The notes beneath the pieces were generated by a model that saw only the letters and a program-made list of their open reading frames with translations, was not told the origin of the DNA and searched no databases. A stretch of DNA of 64,000 bases from Bispira polyomma (Eukaryota): the NCBI GenBank assembly GCA_965649765.1, contig OZ287752.1, forward strand, positions 87,234,001 through 87,298,000. The letters are read 5' to 3'. Below, piece by piece: positions 42,901 to 54,900 of this stretch (the first letter of the stretch is position 1; each line of letters begins with the position of its first letter). The translations under genes and the position numbers were made by a program.

Positions 42901-45900
42901 TGGAGACGATCTCACTAATTACTGCTACTTACAGATGAATGGAGACGTCCTCAAGAAACGGAGATCTCTGCCACGATTATTTCAAACAGTTTGAAACAAT
43001 CATTGCAGGGAACCAAACAGAGACGCTTCCGAATGATATCATCCATTAACCAACATCACGGAATGAACTCACCAGGGATCATGACAACCTGTATTTAACT
43101 GTTTTCATGACAACCTGTATTTAACTGTTTTCATGGCAACCTGTATTTAACTGTTTCTATGACAATTTGTGCATGACTGTTTCCATGAAAATCAGCACAT
43201 AACTATTGTAACAGGCCAGACCAGAACTGGTTGAACCTAGATCAGAGATTATAAAGAGTTAGGACTAAGTAGTATTTCCCAGTGCTAGTTAAAACCAACC
43301 CAGCTCAGTATTCTTAAACCTTAAGATTACCAACTATGACTACGACCCCACAAAGGATAACCAGAACCAACGGAAATTCTCTTGTCTCCATATTTTCTCT
43401 GTATGTTAGAAAAATATATCTATTATGTATTTCATATTAACCAGAATTTCCTTTCAGGTATCTCGGCATATGCTAGTGTTACATGGTGTACACTACGGTA
43501 ATAGTGTTGACCTAAACTGTGCCTCAGCAATACCATATACTGGAAATCTTAGCCTATACCTCAGCATATTTCTAGTGATTTCACGGTGTGAACCATTTTC
43601 ATAGTACAGACCTCACTATGCCTCAGTGGTATAACTGGTTTCCTCCCAATATACTTTAGCAGTACATATGACATTTATTTTGGTATCTCGGCATTATAAC
43701 ATTAAACCACTTGACTATTTTCATAGTCAGTATTTAACAATGCCTCAAACAATACCAAGACTGTGTTAACTGCCTCCGCTTACTATAAACTTTATCAACC
43801 TATCTATTAAGTTACTATAAAGCAGGGTTGAGGTATAACAAAATTAAAAGGCTGATTAGACATTCAGCTACTACTCTATTGAGAAATAATAAAGGAGATT
43901 AAATGAAAAGTAATACTTACATTTATTAATATTCACAAGGATATACACAGAGAATATATAACAAAAAAATTAGTGCCAGAATTAAACTACAAAGAGTGCA
44001 AATAATGTTCTGCATGCTATTAGTAAAGCATAAGCCACCAAATTATGTGCATTAAAAAATGCATCAAACAAGCCCCATTCTACTCCTCAACATAAACTAC
44101 ATAAGATCTACACTAGCCACAACAGTTAGTATATAAGCAAAGACATTCCGAACTAAGTTAGCTAAACTAATGCCCATCAGCAATAAAATAAATAAACATT
44201 CAGAATGAAATACTGTGTACATACTCAGGACAGGGCCACACCCCCCAATCTGGTAATTTTATAGGACAAAATACCCAACCCCTTTACATGGCAATCAAGT
44301 ACAAACTAATTAAGCTTTTCCATGACCTTATTACTGTTTATTTACAGCACAGCATGCTAAAGTTTATAAATAAACATTACCATGCTGCAATTTACAAGCA
44401 AATTTGGTATCTAAATAGCCCAGTTATATTTCTCTAATTTAATCCCAACAGTGTGTCTAATTAAAGACTACATGTCCCCATTGACCTCCTGTAAAAACAA
44501 CTGTCTGACCCATAAAAGCAGGGGGACAAAACAAGGGGGACATGGGGGACTCAAAGAAGGGGGACATGGGGGGGGGGACATTTCGTGGGGGGACCCCTCC
44601 CCCTTTTTATGTTAAACATATACATTTTCCCATCCCCACTCCTAATCACTCCTTATGGCAAAAGTATTTGAGGAAATACATACTTTCCTACTATTTAGTT
44701 CCTGCAGTTTTAACAACTATTTCATTCTTGTTTTTTTTCCTGATAAGTTATAACTTTCTTCCCTCCTTCTTCACAGTTCATTTTTAGCAAGGGAACCCCC
44801 CAGAAAGGTAAACATGGTACTTATACAGACAAAATTAATTTATGTTAAATCACTACACTGTGAATAGGCTGACATGCTCAGTGGAGCTCAAGTATATAGT
44901 TTTCAAACTACACACAACCTTTCATAAGAAATAAAATAAATCATCTCTAATTACTAATACTACAGCATAAAACATGTTTTAAGATAGAAATATTCACTAA
45001 ATATAGTGAAATAATTACACTTTACTGAGAACTACTTAACAGGTTCTCTTTCATATATGGATAATATATTCAGAAATTACTACACCTGACATACTTCCTG
45101 TAAAGGTCATTGAGTTACATTATGTAAAATATAAAATGACCTGTTACCTATTTAAATCTAAAACATACACACTTAGAAACATATAAAATGAAATGTCCTG
45201 TCAGTATTTTTAAAAAAATACCATTGTAAAACTACTACACAATTACCAACTTCCTGGAACTATATTTTTATATTCATACAGTGCAGCGTGATCACCCAAA
45301 TAAAACACATGAAACTTCTGTCAAATAAATCAAATAAAATGAATTTTAGCTGTAATACTTGAATTTAGGATATAATAATAATCTCAAAATGTGTTTAGCC
45401 AAAGGATATTTACTTTAGGATAATTTAAGGTGAGTATCATAATGATTTGAGTTGTAATTTTGACTTTAATGGGCGATAATCAAGGATCGAACCCTGGCTC
45501 TCAAGATACCTGAGATCCAAAGTCCGACACACTAACCATTAGGCCACAGAGACAACCTGTACATAACTGTGTTATGACCACCTGTACTCAACTGTTTCCA
45601 TGACAACCTGTACAGACCCATTTCCATGACCACCTATACATGACAACTGTGTTGCTCTTATTCAGATGATGAAGATGACGAGGATGAAGATGATTCTGAC
45701 GAATCTGATTTTGATGAAAGTGACGAGGAATCTGATAGTGAGACGGGCGGTTACGACCTTGACATCTGTCCTCCTGGGTGTGACCAGGTACAAATTCTTT
45801 TGAAAGTATTTCTTGTGATACTTTGAGGTTTGACTACAGGATTTAATAGGTTTTAACTTAACCACATGTTTTTTACCAGTGGAGATTTCACATATCTCCA

Positions 45901-48900
45901 TTATTACTAATTTGTGGTTATTTTAAGCTGTTACTATAACTTTATATCAGACGCATTCAGTGTGTCTCTCCTATGTTACTGTAGCCTTGTTTCAGACACA
46001 TTCAGTGAATGTCTCTCCTACAGTTGTAGTTATTTTAAGTGTATGTCTCCCCTATAGTTGTGGTTATTTTAAGTGTATGTCTCCCCTACAGTTGTGGTTA
46101 TTTCAAGTGTATGTCTCCCCTACTGTAGAATATCTACGACAACACGTGTGCCTTGAGAGAGAAGCGACTGGACATTGAGGAGTCGTTTACTGAAGTTAAG
46201 AAGGACAAAGATTCCCTCAACAAAGAGTATGAGAGCTTTACAAAGAAGGCCAAGGTCATTGATAACTCGGTGAAACATGCAGAAAACGAACTCGAGGCTT
46301 TCCAGGTAAGTGAAGGGTGTGATAGAATGAGAGGTGAGAGAGGGGTGGGGGAAAGGTGGGGAAGGGGGGGGAGTGATAGAATGAGAGGTGAGAGAGGGGG
46401 GGGGAAGGTGGGGAAGGGGGGGGGAGTGATAGAATGAGAGGTGAGAGAGGGGGGGGGGGAAGGTGGGGAAGGGGGGGTGTGATAGAATGAGAGGTGAGAG
46501 AGGGGTGGGGGGAAGGGGGGGAAGGGGGGGGTGATAGAATGAGAGGTGAAAGAGGGGTGGGGGGAAGGTGGGGAAGGGGGGGTGTGATAGAATGAGAGGT
46601 GAGAGAGGGGTGGGGGGAAGGTGGGGAAGGGGGGGTGTGATAGAATGAGAGGTGAGAGAGGGGTGGGGGGAAGGTGGGGAAGGGGGGGTGTGATAGAATG
46701 AGAGGTGAGAGAGGGGTGGGGGGGAAGGTGGGGAAGGGGGGGTGTGATAGAATGAGAGGTGAGAGAGGGGTGGGGGGAAGGTGGGGAAGGGGGGGTGTGA
46801 TAGAATGAGAGGTGAGAGAGGGGTGGGGGAGGGAGATGTTGCGGGATGGGGAAAAGAGGGGAATTCCTGAAAAGATCCAACCAGGAGAGATGCCCACCAC
46901 TAAATTGTTCACCTGAAAAACCTTGACCTTGTACTACTTAGTGTGGTCTTGTTTGACCTTGTAGTGCTTTTCTTGGTCTTGTTTGACCTTATACAATCTT
47001 GTATAACCGTATATACTTTTGGGTGACCTTGTACTAATAGTATAGGTCTTGTGTGACTTTATACCACATCCTGTGGTCTTGTGTGACCTTGTGCCACTTT
47101 CTGTGGTCTTGTGTGACCTTGTGCCACATCCTGTGGTTTTGTGTGACCTTGTGCCATTTTCTGTGGTCTTGTGTGACCTTGTGCCACTTTCTGTGGTCTT
47201 GTGTGACCTTGTGCCACTTCTGTTGGTTTTGTTTAACTTTATAGAATCATGTATGACCTGATCTACTTTTTGTGACCTTGTACTGATTGACCTTTGTGTT
47301 TTCTAACAGCTGGAGAAGCAGCGTAAGCTGAATGAGTTAGACGTGGTCGTACAACTGAAGCTTCACCAGATCCAACACACCATGAACAACCAGTTACCAC
47401 AGGACTTGTCTCAATGTCTAGTGTTTGAACAGCCGGGGGCGATACGTCTGACACACAGGATTAAAGAGTTAGAGCATGAGAAGGGTGTACAGAGGAAGGA
47501 GAAGAGGTGGGTGGCTTTCTGTCTGTGTGTGTGTGGTTGTATGTATGTGTGTGTTTGTCTCAGTGGCTTGTGTTTGAATAGCCGGGGGCGATATGTCTGA
47601 CACACAGGATTAAAGAGCTAGAGCATGAGAAGGGTGTACAGAGTGGCTGTCTGTCTCTGTGTGTGTGGTTGTGTGTGTGTCTGTGTGTATGGCTGTCTAT
47701 TTGTACCACTCTGTCTATTTACAGGGACACCAAGCGTAAACACGTCTAACTGATCAAGGACTGTAAGGTGTGACTATGATTGTCTGTCTGTATGTGTGTG
47801 GTTGTATGTGTGGCTGTCTGTCTGAATCACTCTCTATTCACATAGACGTCTGTGTCTGTTTGTCTGTACTACTGTATCTTATTTACAGAGACGCAAAGCG
47901 TAAACACGTCCAGCTGATCAAGGACCGTAAGGTGTTTGACGCTAAGATCTCCGAGATGAACGAGACTTGTAACAAGATGATGATCCAGAAGTTTGGGCAG
48001 ATTGTGGATCTGGAGAAACTGGAGACAGTGACGGTCAACAGACAGGTGGAGGAACTGAAAGAGAGGCTCCGTGTGGCAGAAATACAGTGTTCTAACGAGG
48101 TGACGCGATGGGACGTAAGTGTATATATATATGATGGCTGGAGAAACTGAACGAGAGGTTCCGTGTGGCCGAGATACAGTGTTTTAACAAGGTGACGCAA
48201 TGGGACATATGTACATAACAAGGTGGCATGCGGGGATAGAGTTTGATCACTAAATCATTTTGGTCACTCCTGAGATCCTGTAACTTGAGGTGATGTTTAC
48301 AAAGTGTCACCTGTAGAATCAACCCTACTTATAATATGTGTGCAAGAAGCTGACATGTTGGCATGGACGTATATTGTGTATTCTCTCGACTCCGGTAAAT
48401 CTGATCCACTAAATACCAGTGTCCACCACTCAGACATTCTGTTGTCCACTAAATACCAGTGTCCACCACTCAGATGCTCTGTTGTCCACTAAATACCAGT
48501 GTCCACCACTCAAACATTCTGTTGTCCACTAAATACCAGTGCCTACCACTCAAACATTCTGTTGTCCACTAAATATCAGTGTCCACCACTCAGATACTCT
48601 GTTGTCCACTAAATACCAGTGTCCACCACTCAGACATTCCGTTGTCCACTAAATACCAGTGTCCACCACTCAGACATTCTGTTGTCCACTAAATTCCAAT
48701 GTCCACCACTCAGACATTCTGTTGTCCACTAAATACCAGTGTCAACTCAGACATTCTGTTGTTCACTAAGTACCAGTGTCCACCACTCAGATACTCTGTT
48801 ATTCACTAAATACCAGTGTCCACCACTCAGACATTCTGTTGTCCACTAAATACCAGTGTCCACCACTCAGATACTCTGTTGTCCACTAAATACCAGTGTC

Positions 48901-51900
48901 CACCACTCAGACACTCTGTTGTCCACTAAATACCAGTGTCCACCACTCCGATACTCTATTGTCCACTAAATACCAGTGCCCACTCGGACATTCTGTTGTC
49001 CACTAAATACCAGTGTCCACCACTCAGATACTCTGTTGTCCACTAAATACTAGTGTCCACTCAGATACTCTGTTGTCCACTAAATTCCAGTGTCCACCAC
49101 TCAGACATTCTGTTGTCCACTAAATACGAGTGTCCACTCAGATACTCGGTTGTCCACTAAATTCCAGTGTCCACCACTCAGACATTCTGTTGTCCACTAA
49201 ATACGAGTGTCCACTCAGATACTCTGTTGTCCACTAAATTCCAGTGTCCACCACTCAGACATTCTGTTGTCCACTAAATACCAGTGTCCACCACTCAGAT
49301 ACTCTGTTGTCCACTAAATACTAGTGTCCACTCAAATACTCTGTTGTCCACTAAATTCCGGTGTTCACCACTCAAATACTCTGTTGTCCACTAAATACCA
49401 GTGTCCACCACTCAGATACTCTGTTGTCCACTAAATACCAGTGTCCACTCAGACATTCTATTGTCCACAAAATACCAGTGTCCACCACTCAGATACTCTG
49501 TTGTCCACTAAATACCAGTGTCCACCACTCAGACATTCTGTTGTTCACTAAATACCAGTGTCCATCACTTAGACACTCTGTTGTCCACTAAATACCAGTG
49601 TCCACCACTCAGACATTCTGTTGTCCACTAACCAGTGTCCACCACTCAGATACTCTGTTGTCCACAAAATGCCAGTGTCCACTCAGACATTCTGTTGTCC
49701 ACTAAATACCAGTGTCCACCACTCAGACATTCTGTTGTCCACCACTCAGACATTCTGTTCTGCTCCCTTTCTAGGACAAGATCCGAGACGCCAAAGACCA
49801 GATCACAGATTTGGTGAAAGAAAACACAAACAAACTTGATCAGCTCAACATGTTACTGGAGGAGAAGAAAGATTACGAGAAAGAGCTGGACTCGAGACAG
49901 AAGAACCTGGTGAGTGTGTGGGCGTGAGTGCGTGTGTGTGTGTGTGTGGGGGCGGGGGGGGGGGGGGGGGATACTTGGACTCCAGACAAGAACCCAGTGA
50001 GTAAGTGAGTGAGTGTGTATATACAGGTGTGGGTGAGTCAGTGAATGAGTGAGTGTGTGTGTGATTCTAGACTTGAGAACCTGGTGAGTGTTGTTACGGT
50101 GACGGGAGCAAGCGCGGTAGCAATTACCGGTTGCTTTGAGGTTGTAACAGGAAAAGACAAAAAGTTTCACTTAACAAATTTATTTAACAAATAAAATAAC
50201 AAGTACAGAATTACAGAATTATAAAATTACAAAATTACAAAATTACAGAATTACAGTCAACTGAGATACCCTTAATAGCTCACACAATAATATAATAATG
50301 AAATCAATCTGACCTGACCACAGTCCTGTCCACTTAAATAACAATTAAACCAGTTTGTCCACTGTATCCAGCAATCTGTCTTGAGATCCGCTCAATGTCC
50401 ACACAATGCCTGTATCCTGTTATCCGTTCAGTGTCCACGAACATAAAATGTATATATCCAGAGAATCTGCACAACTAAGCTATCCAGTCCAGGATGCAAA
50501 CAATATCCAATATGCAGTAAATCCAATCTCTGGTAGATCCACAACTTTTATCTAGTTCACTCCAATGAGTTCACCACAAAATGTATATAACAAACAGTTT
50601 ATATCCACAGTATAGTAGTTCATATAGCATTCATATAGCACCTCAGCTCCATTAAATCTCTTCTGTGGCCAGGCTGTCAACCCTTATATATACCACTGCT
50701 AGAGAAGGTTGCTAGAATGTGTAAGCAATCGCTAGGACATTCCAGAGATGAGATATACATATGAATACAACTTTAATAACCTTCAGAAATAAAATAGAAC
50801 CGGTTTCTAGAAGCTTAGGGGTTTCCCCAAATCTATAAATAGCTCACTCCAGCAGAGTGTAAAACCATTAGTACTAACTAGACCGGTTTTTCTTCCACAC
50901 ACCACAATGTCCCCATATGTAACAGTGTGTATATGAGAATGTGTTTGAGTGTGTGTATGAGGGGGTAATAACTGGGAATTGTTTATTTCCAACATGCTAA
51001 TAATTAATGACTTGCGATAATAATAGACAGGTACAATCATATGGGTTCACAGTGTGTATCTCGGAGTGCTAGGATGGTACAATGATATGGTGATATGGGT
51101 TTAAGGTGTGTATCTCGGAGTGCCAGGATGAATACAATCATATGGGTTCAACCACTCATGCTCTGTAAGTCGACCTCAATTCCAGTATCCGTGAGGTATA
51201 GTATACTAACAAGCCTGTGGGAAACAATAGGCCGCCTTTTTAGAAACGTTTTAGAAATGTTTTATATGTTAACCCTCAATATTCTTGAGTAATTGAGCTG
51301 ACAATCTGCGGTAGAGTACTGGTAAAAATGGACTGATCCAATGAAAGCTTGACTACTTGTTCCTAGCCCTAGAGAGTAGAGCCAATGATTGTCATACAAA
51401 TAACCACTAACACAGTTCTTCTGACACTGTTTCAGCTTGCCTATGAGGTAACAATACCACACTGGTTAAGTCTAATGTTGTCTATTTAAGTTACTTTCTT
51501 TTTAAGTTCATACATGTTGTTACTGTATGTTAATTATGTATATTTCATGTGTATGTTATCACATACATTAATGTCACTCATTATACTGATTTAGGCCTTA
51601 AGTTAATCTTTGCACCTGAGTACAGCCTTAAGGCTTTAGTGACGTAAACACAAAAAATGATCGCTGATAACCACGTTATGTATGCTTGAGCTTCTCAGAA
51701 ACTGCACAACTTTTTCTTTGTGGCCTTAAACTCGATTTATAGATAACATATTTACATTTTCATGGGTAGAAATAATAAAGCATGACATCTATTTTAATTA
51801 TATACTAATTCATATATTTTATGTGTCATTTTAATACATATTTTCAGACATACAATACATATAGTAGTGTGTAAAATTGTAACTAAAATGGGTAATATTT

Positions 51901-54900
51901 TCAATGTACATGCTTCACAAACGTGACACAATTCATATACCAAGCAGGGATCAATACTGAAGTATTGTACATGACTAGAAAAAGGAAAACATCAGCATTA
52001 TTTTGAATGAATTCGTTTTTTAATTAAAGCACAAAAACTGGCTTATTTTAGAAAAACATTAAAGTTACACTCTTCTTAACAGAAAGATGTTTTATATTCT
52101 TTGTTTTTATAAAATAAGGAAACATATTGAAAAATGTAAATCACTAGAAATAATATACATGTTTTATAAAGTTGTGTAACATATATCTTGTACTGATATA
52201 TACTGGATCAATACTCGTATTATGTCACAATAGAAAGGACTCTCTCCGAGACTTGTTTACAAATATGACGTTCTACATAGATTTTCAAATTGTGTGACGT
52301 CACAACACAAGGATTGTTATATGGGTGTTTTTATAGTTTTGAAGCATATTATTAACCTTTTGAATTGTCTGGACACATAAAAATGGTTAAAATCCTTACT
52401 AAAGTGTACTTTTAAAGTCCTCATAGTTGATATACACAGTAGAAATGGCTCTCGTAAAAATAGCATGCTTTATTCCCGGCCCGTTTATGTGTTTACGTTA
52501 CTAAAACCTTAAGTTAAGCTTTACACCTGAGTTGAGGTTTGCATTTGAGTACAGCCTTAAGTACAGCCTTAAGTACAGCCTTAAGTACAGCCTTTCATTA
52601 AGTTAAACCTTGCATTATGTTGTCTTCCATTATGTAAACCTTTGCACTGTGTCGAACCTTCCATTATGTTAAGCCTTTAGTTAAATCTTCCTTTATGTTG
52701 AGCCTTGAGTTAAGCGTTCTATTAAGTTAAATCTTCCATTATTTTGAGCCTTGAGTTAAGACTTCTATTAAGTTAAATCTTCCATTATGTAAACCCTTGC
52801 ACTGTGTTGACCCTTGCATTATGTAAACCCTTGCAGTGACCTAGAGTCAGGCTACTGCTACCAAGTATCACTGCATGCAGTGTGGCTGTTTTCAGGTCAA
52901 GTGTAACTGTTTACTGTCATGGAAGCCATTTTGTATTTATTGTGAACAGAGCTTGTAGCTGTGTCATATTACATGATATTAGTGTAGTCACAATGTACAC
53001 CCCTGGATGTCTGTTCACGCATACACTAATATTAATGTAGTCACAATGTACACCCCTGGATGTCTGTTCACGCATACACTAATATTAATGTAGCCACAAT
53101 GTACACCCCTGGATGTCTGTTCACGCATACACTAATATTAATGTAGCCACAATGTACACCGCTGGATGTCTGTTCACTCATACACTGATATTAATGTAGT
53201 CATAATGTACACTCCTGGATGTCTGTTCACTCATACACTAATATTGGTGTAGTCACCTGGAATTCTCACTTTATCTATGGCGTACAAACTCCAGGACTTT
53301 GTAAATACTTAGACCATCTGTCCTTGTATTTACTTCAACTTTATAGAATTATCAACAAACAATACTAATTATTACCTACCTGTCACAATCTTGGCATCCT
53401 GTAATGGCCCAGATCAAATATGACTCTGATGTGTGGGCAGTCAATGTGGGCTGTCGTTGTAGGCTGTCATTGTAGGCCTTTCCCTCTCAGCCAATTCGTA
53501 GTTCCGAGTGCGCATGCGTCCATATCGGAAGCAAATATTTTGCACACGTAAAGAAATTAGCTTATATGATCTGTCAAAATATATTAAAATGTTAATTCTC
53601 AGTTTGTATTCCAAATAATGGTCTCAAATTTTGATATACAATGCAGAAATATTGGTTTTTTTTATTAAAGGATGACATTCCCATTTAACTTTTGTACAAG
53701 CATCCTATTTTGCCAAAAAAACAACTTGCCAACTATCTAGTAATAACAGATTACTAATTACTGAGGTACAAGTGTAGCAATATGGTAAAAAAGCCTTTTT
53801 TAGTGTGATTTCTGTGCTTTTTGTTGCATCAAAAACCGTTTAGAAATGGCTGAGTTATTTAAATTCAAATACAGGTACCCATCTTTGGTTGGTTTGTGGA
53901 CTGCGTGTTTGAGGTACATGTGCTTCTGTTTATATGCCTTGTGTGGGCACTCAAGTCTATGAATTGGCTTGATAAATCTCTTCAGTTCCGCTCAATTGGG
54001 ATGTTGTGGGATACTGGTTGACCATCCCCTTATTTATAGTCATGGCTTGAGATATTGCTATCAGATTCTGGTAGGGAGTCACTGTTGAAATCATCAGATA
54101 TTGCTATCAGATTCTGGTAGGGAGAGTAGTCACTGTATAAAATCATCAGATATTGCTATCAGATTCTGGTAGGGATAGCAGTCACTGTATAAATCATCAG
54201 ATATTGCTAACAAATTCTGGTAGTGATAGTAGTCACTGTATAAATCATCTGATATTGCTATCAGATTCTGGTAGGGACAGTAATCACTGTATAAATCATC
54301 AGAGACCCTGCACCCATCTTTATGTATACTAACATGATGTCCCGGGGCCTAGTGGTTTAGGAAGTTGGTCTGGTGATCAAAAGGTCCCCCTTTCGACTCC
54401 TTCTAATGCCGCTAGGTTTATTGGTGGGATAACATCCTTGGGCCAAATGTGAACATGCCATTGTCTAGTGATGACAAGCAAGGGCTATGTTATAGGACAC
54501 ATGATTGGTTGAGTGATTCGATTGTCACGTTAAAAATATATAATACTATACAATACAAAACTCTAGTATAGAAACTTAGGATCCAAACATTCAGTTCTAT
54601 TATTTCCCGATTGTCTTGTGCCAACTTTTAGTCTTGTCTTACACTGTATAACAAATTTTAACTCTCCTAGACTGTTTGTATAATAGAGGTTCTACTCTAA
54701 CATCACTCAACAGTGTACATTACTCAGTTAAGTTGTTTATATTCCAGCTTTCGCAAAATACTAGAATATAAATTTGCCACTCTATACAAAATTCACCACT
54801 TAGGGAATGTCATGTTTTTGGTAGTTTCTGAAATCGAGATTTTTGTGACTATTTTGCCTTACTTACCTAAATTAATGTTCATGTTTTTACTTCTATAGCG

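Noticed and set aside
45474-45550. Functional tRNA-Gln gene
   Set aside because: A/B boxes are present, but the acceptor and anticodon stems do not pair properly; kept only as a SINE head or pseudogene.
46134-46912. 248-aa and 218-aa Pro-rich minus-strand ORFs
   Set aside because: Translations of the G-run 54-bp array and the antisense of exon 29.
1214-49760. Tandem arrays as CRISPR arrays
   Set aside because: No unique spacers between repeats, no cas genes, and the context is a spliced eukaryotic gene.
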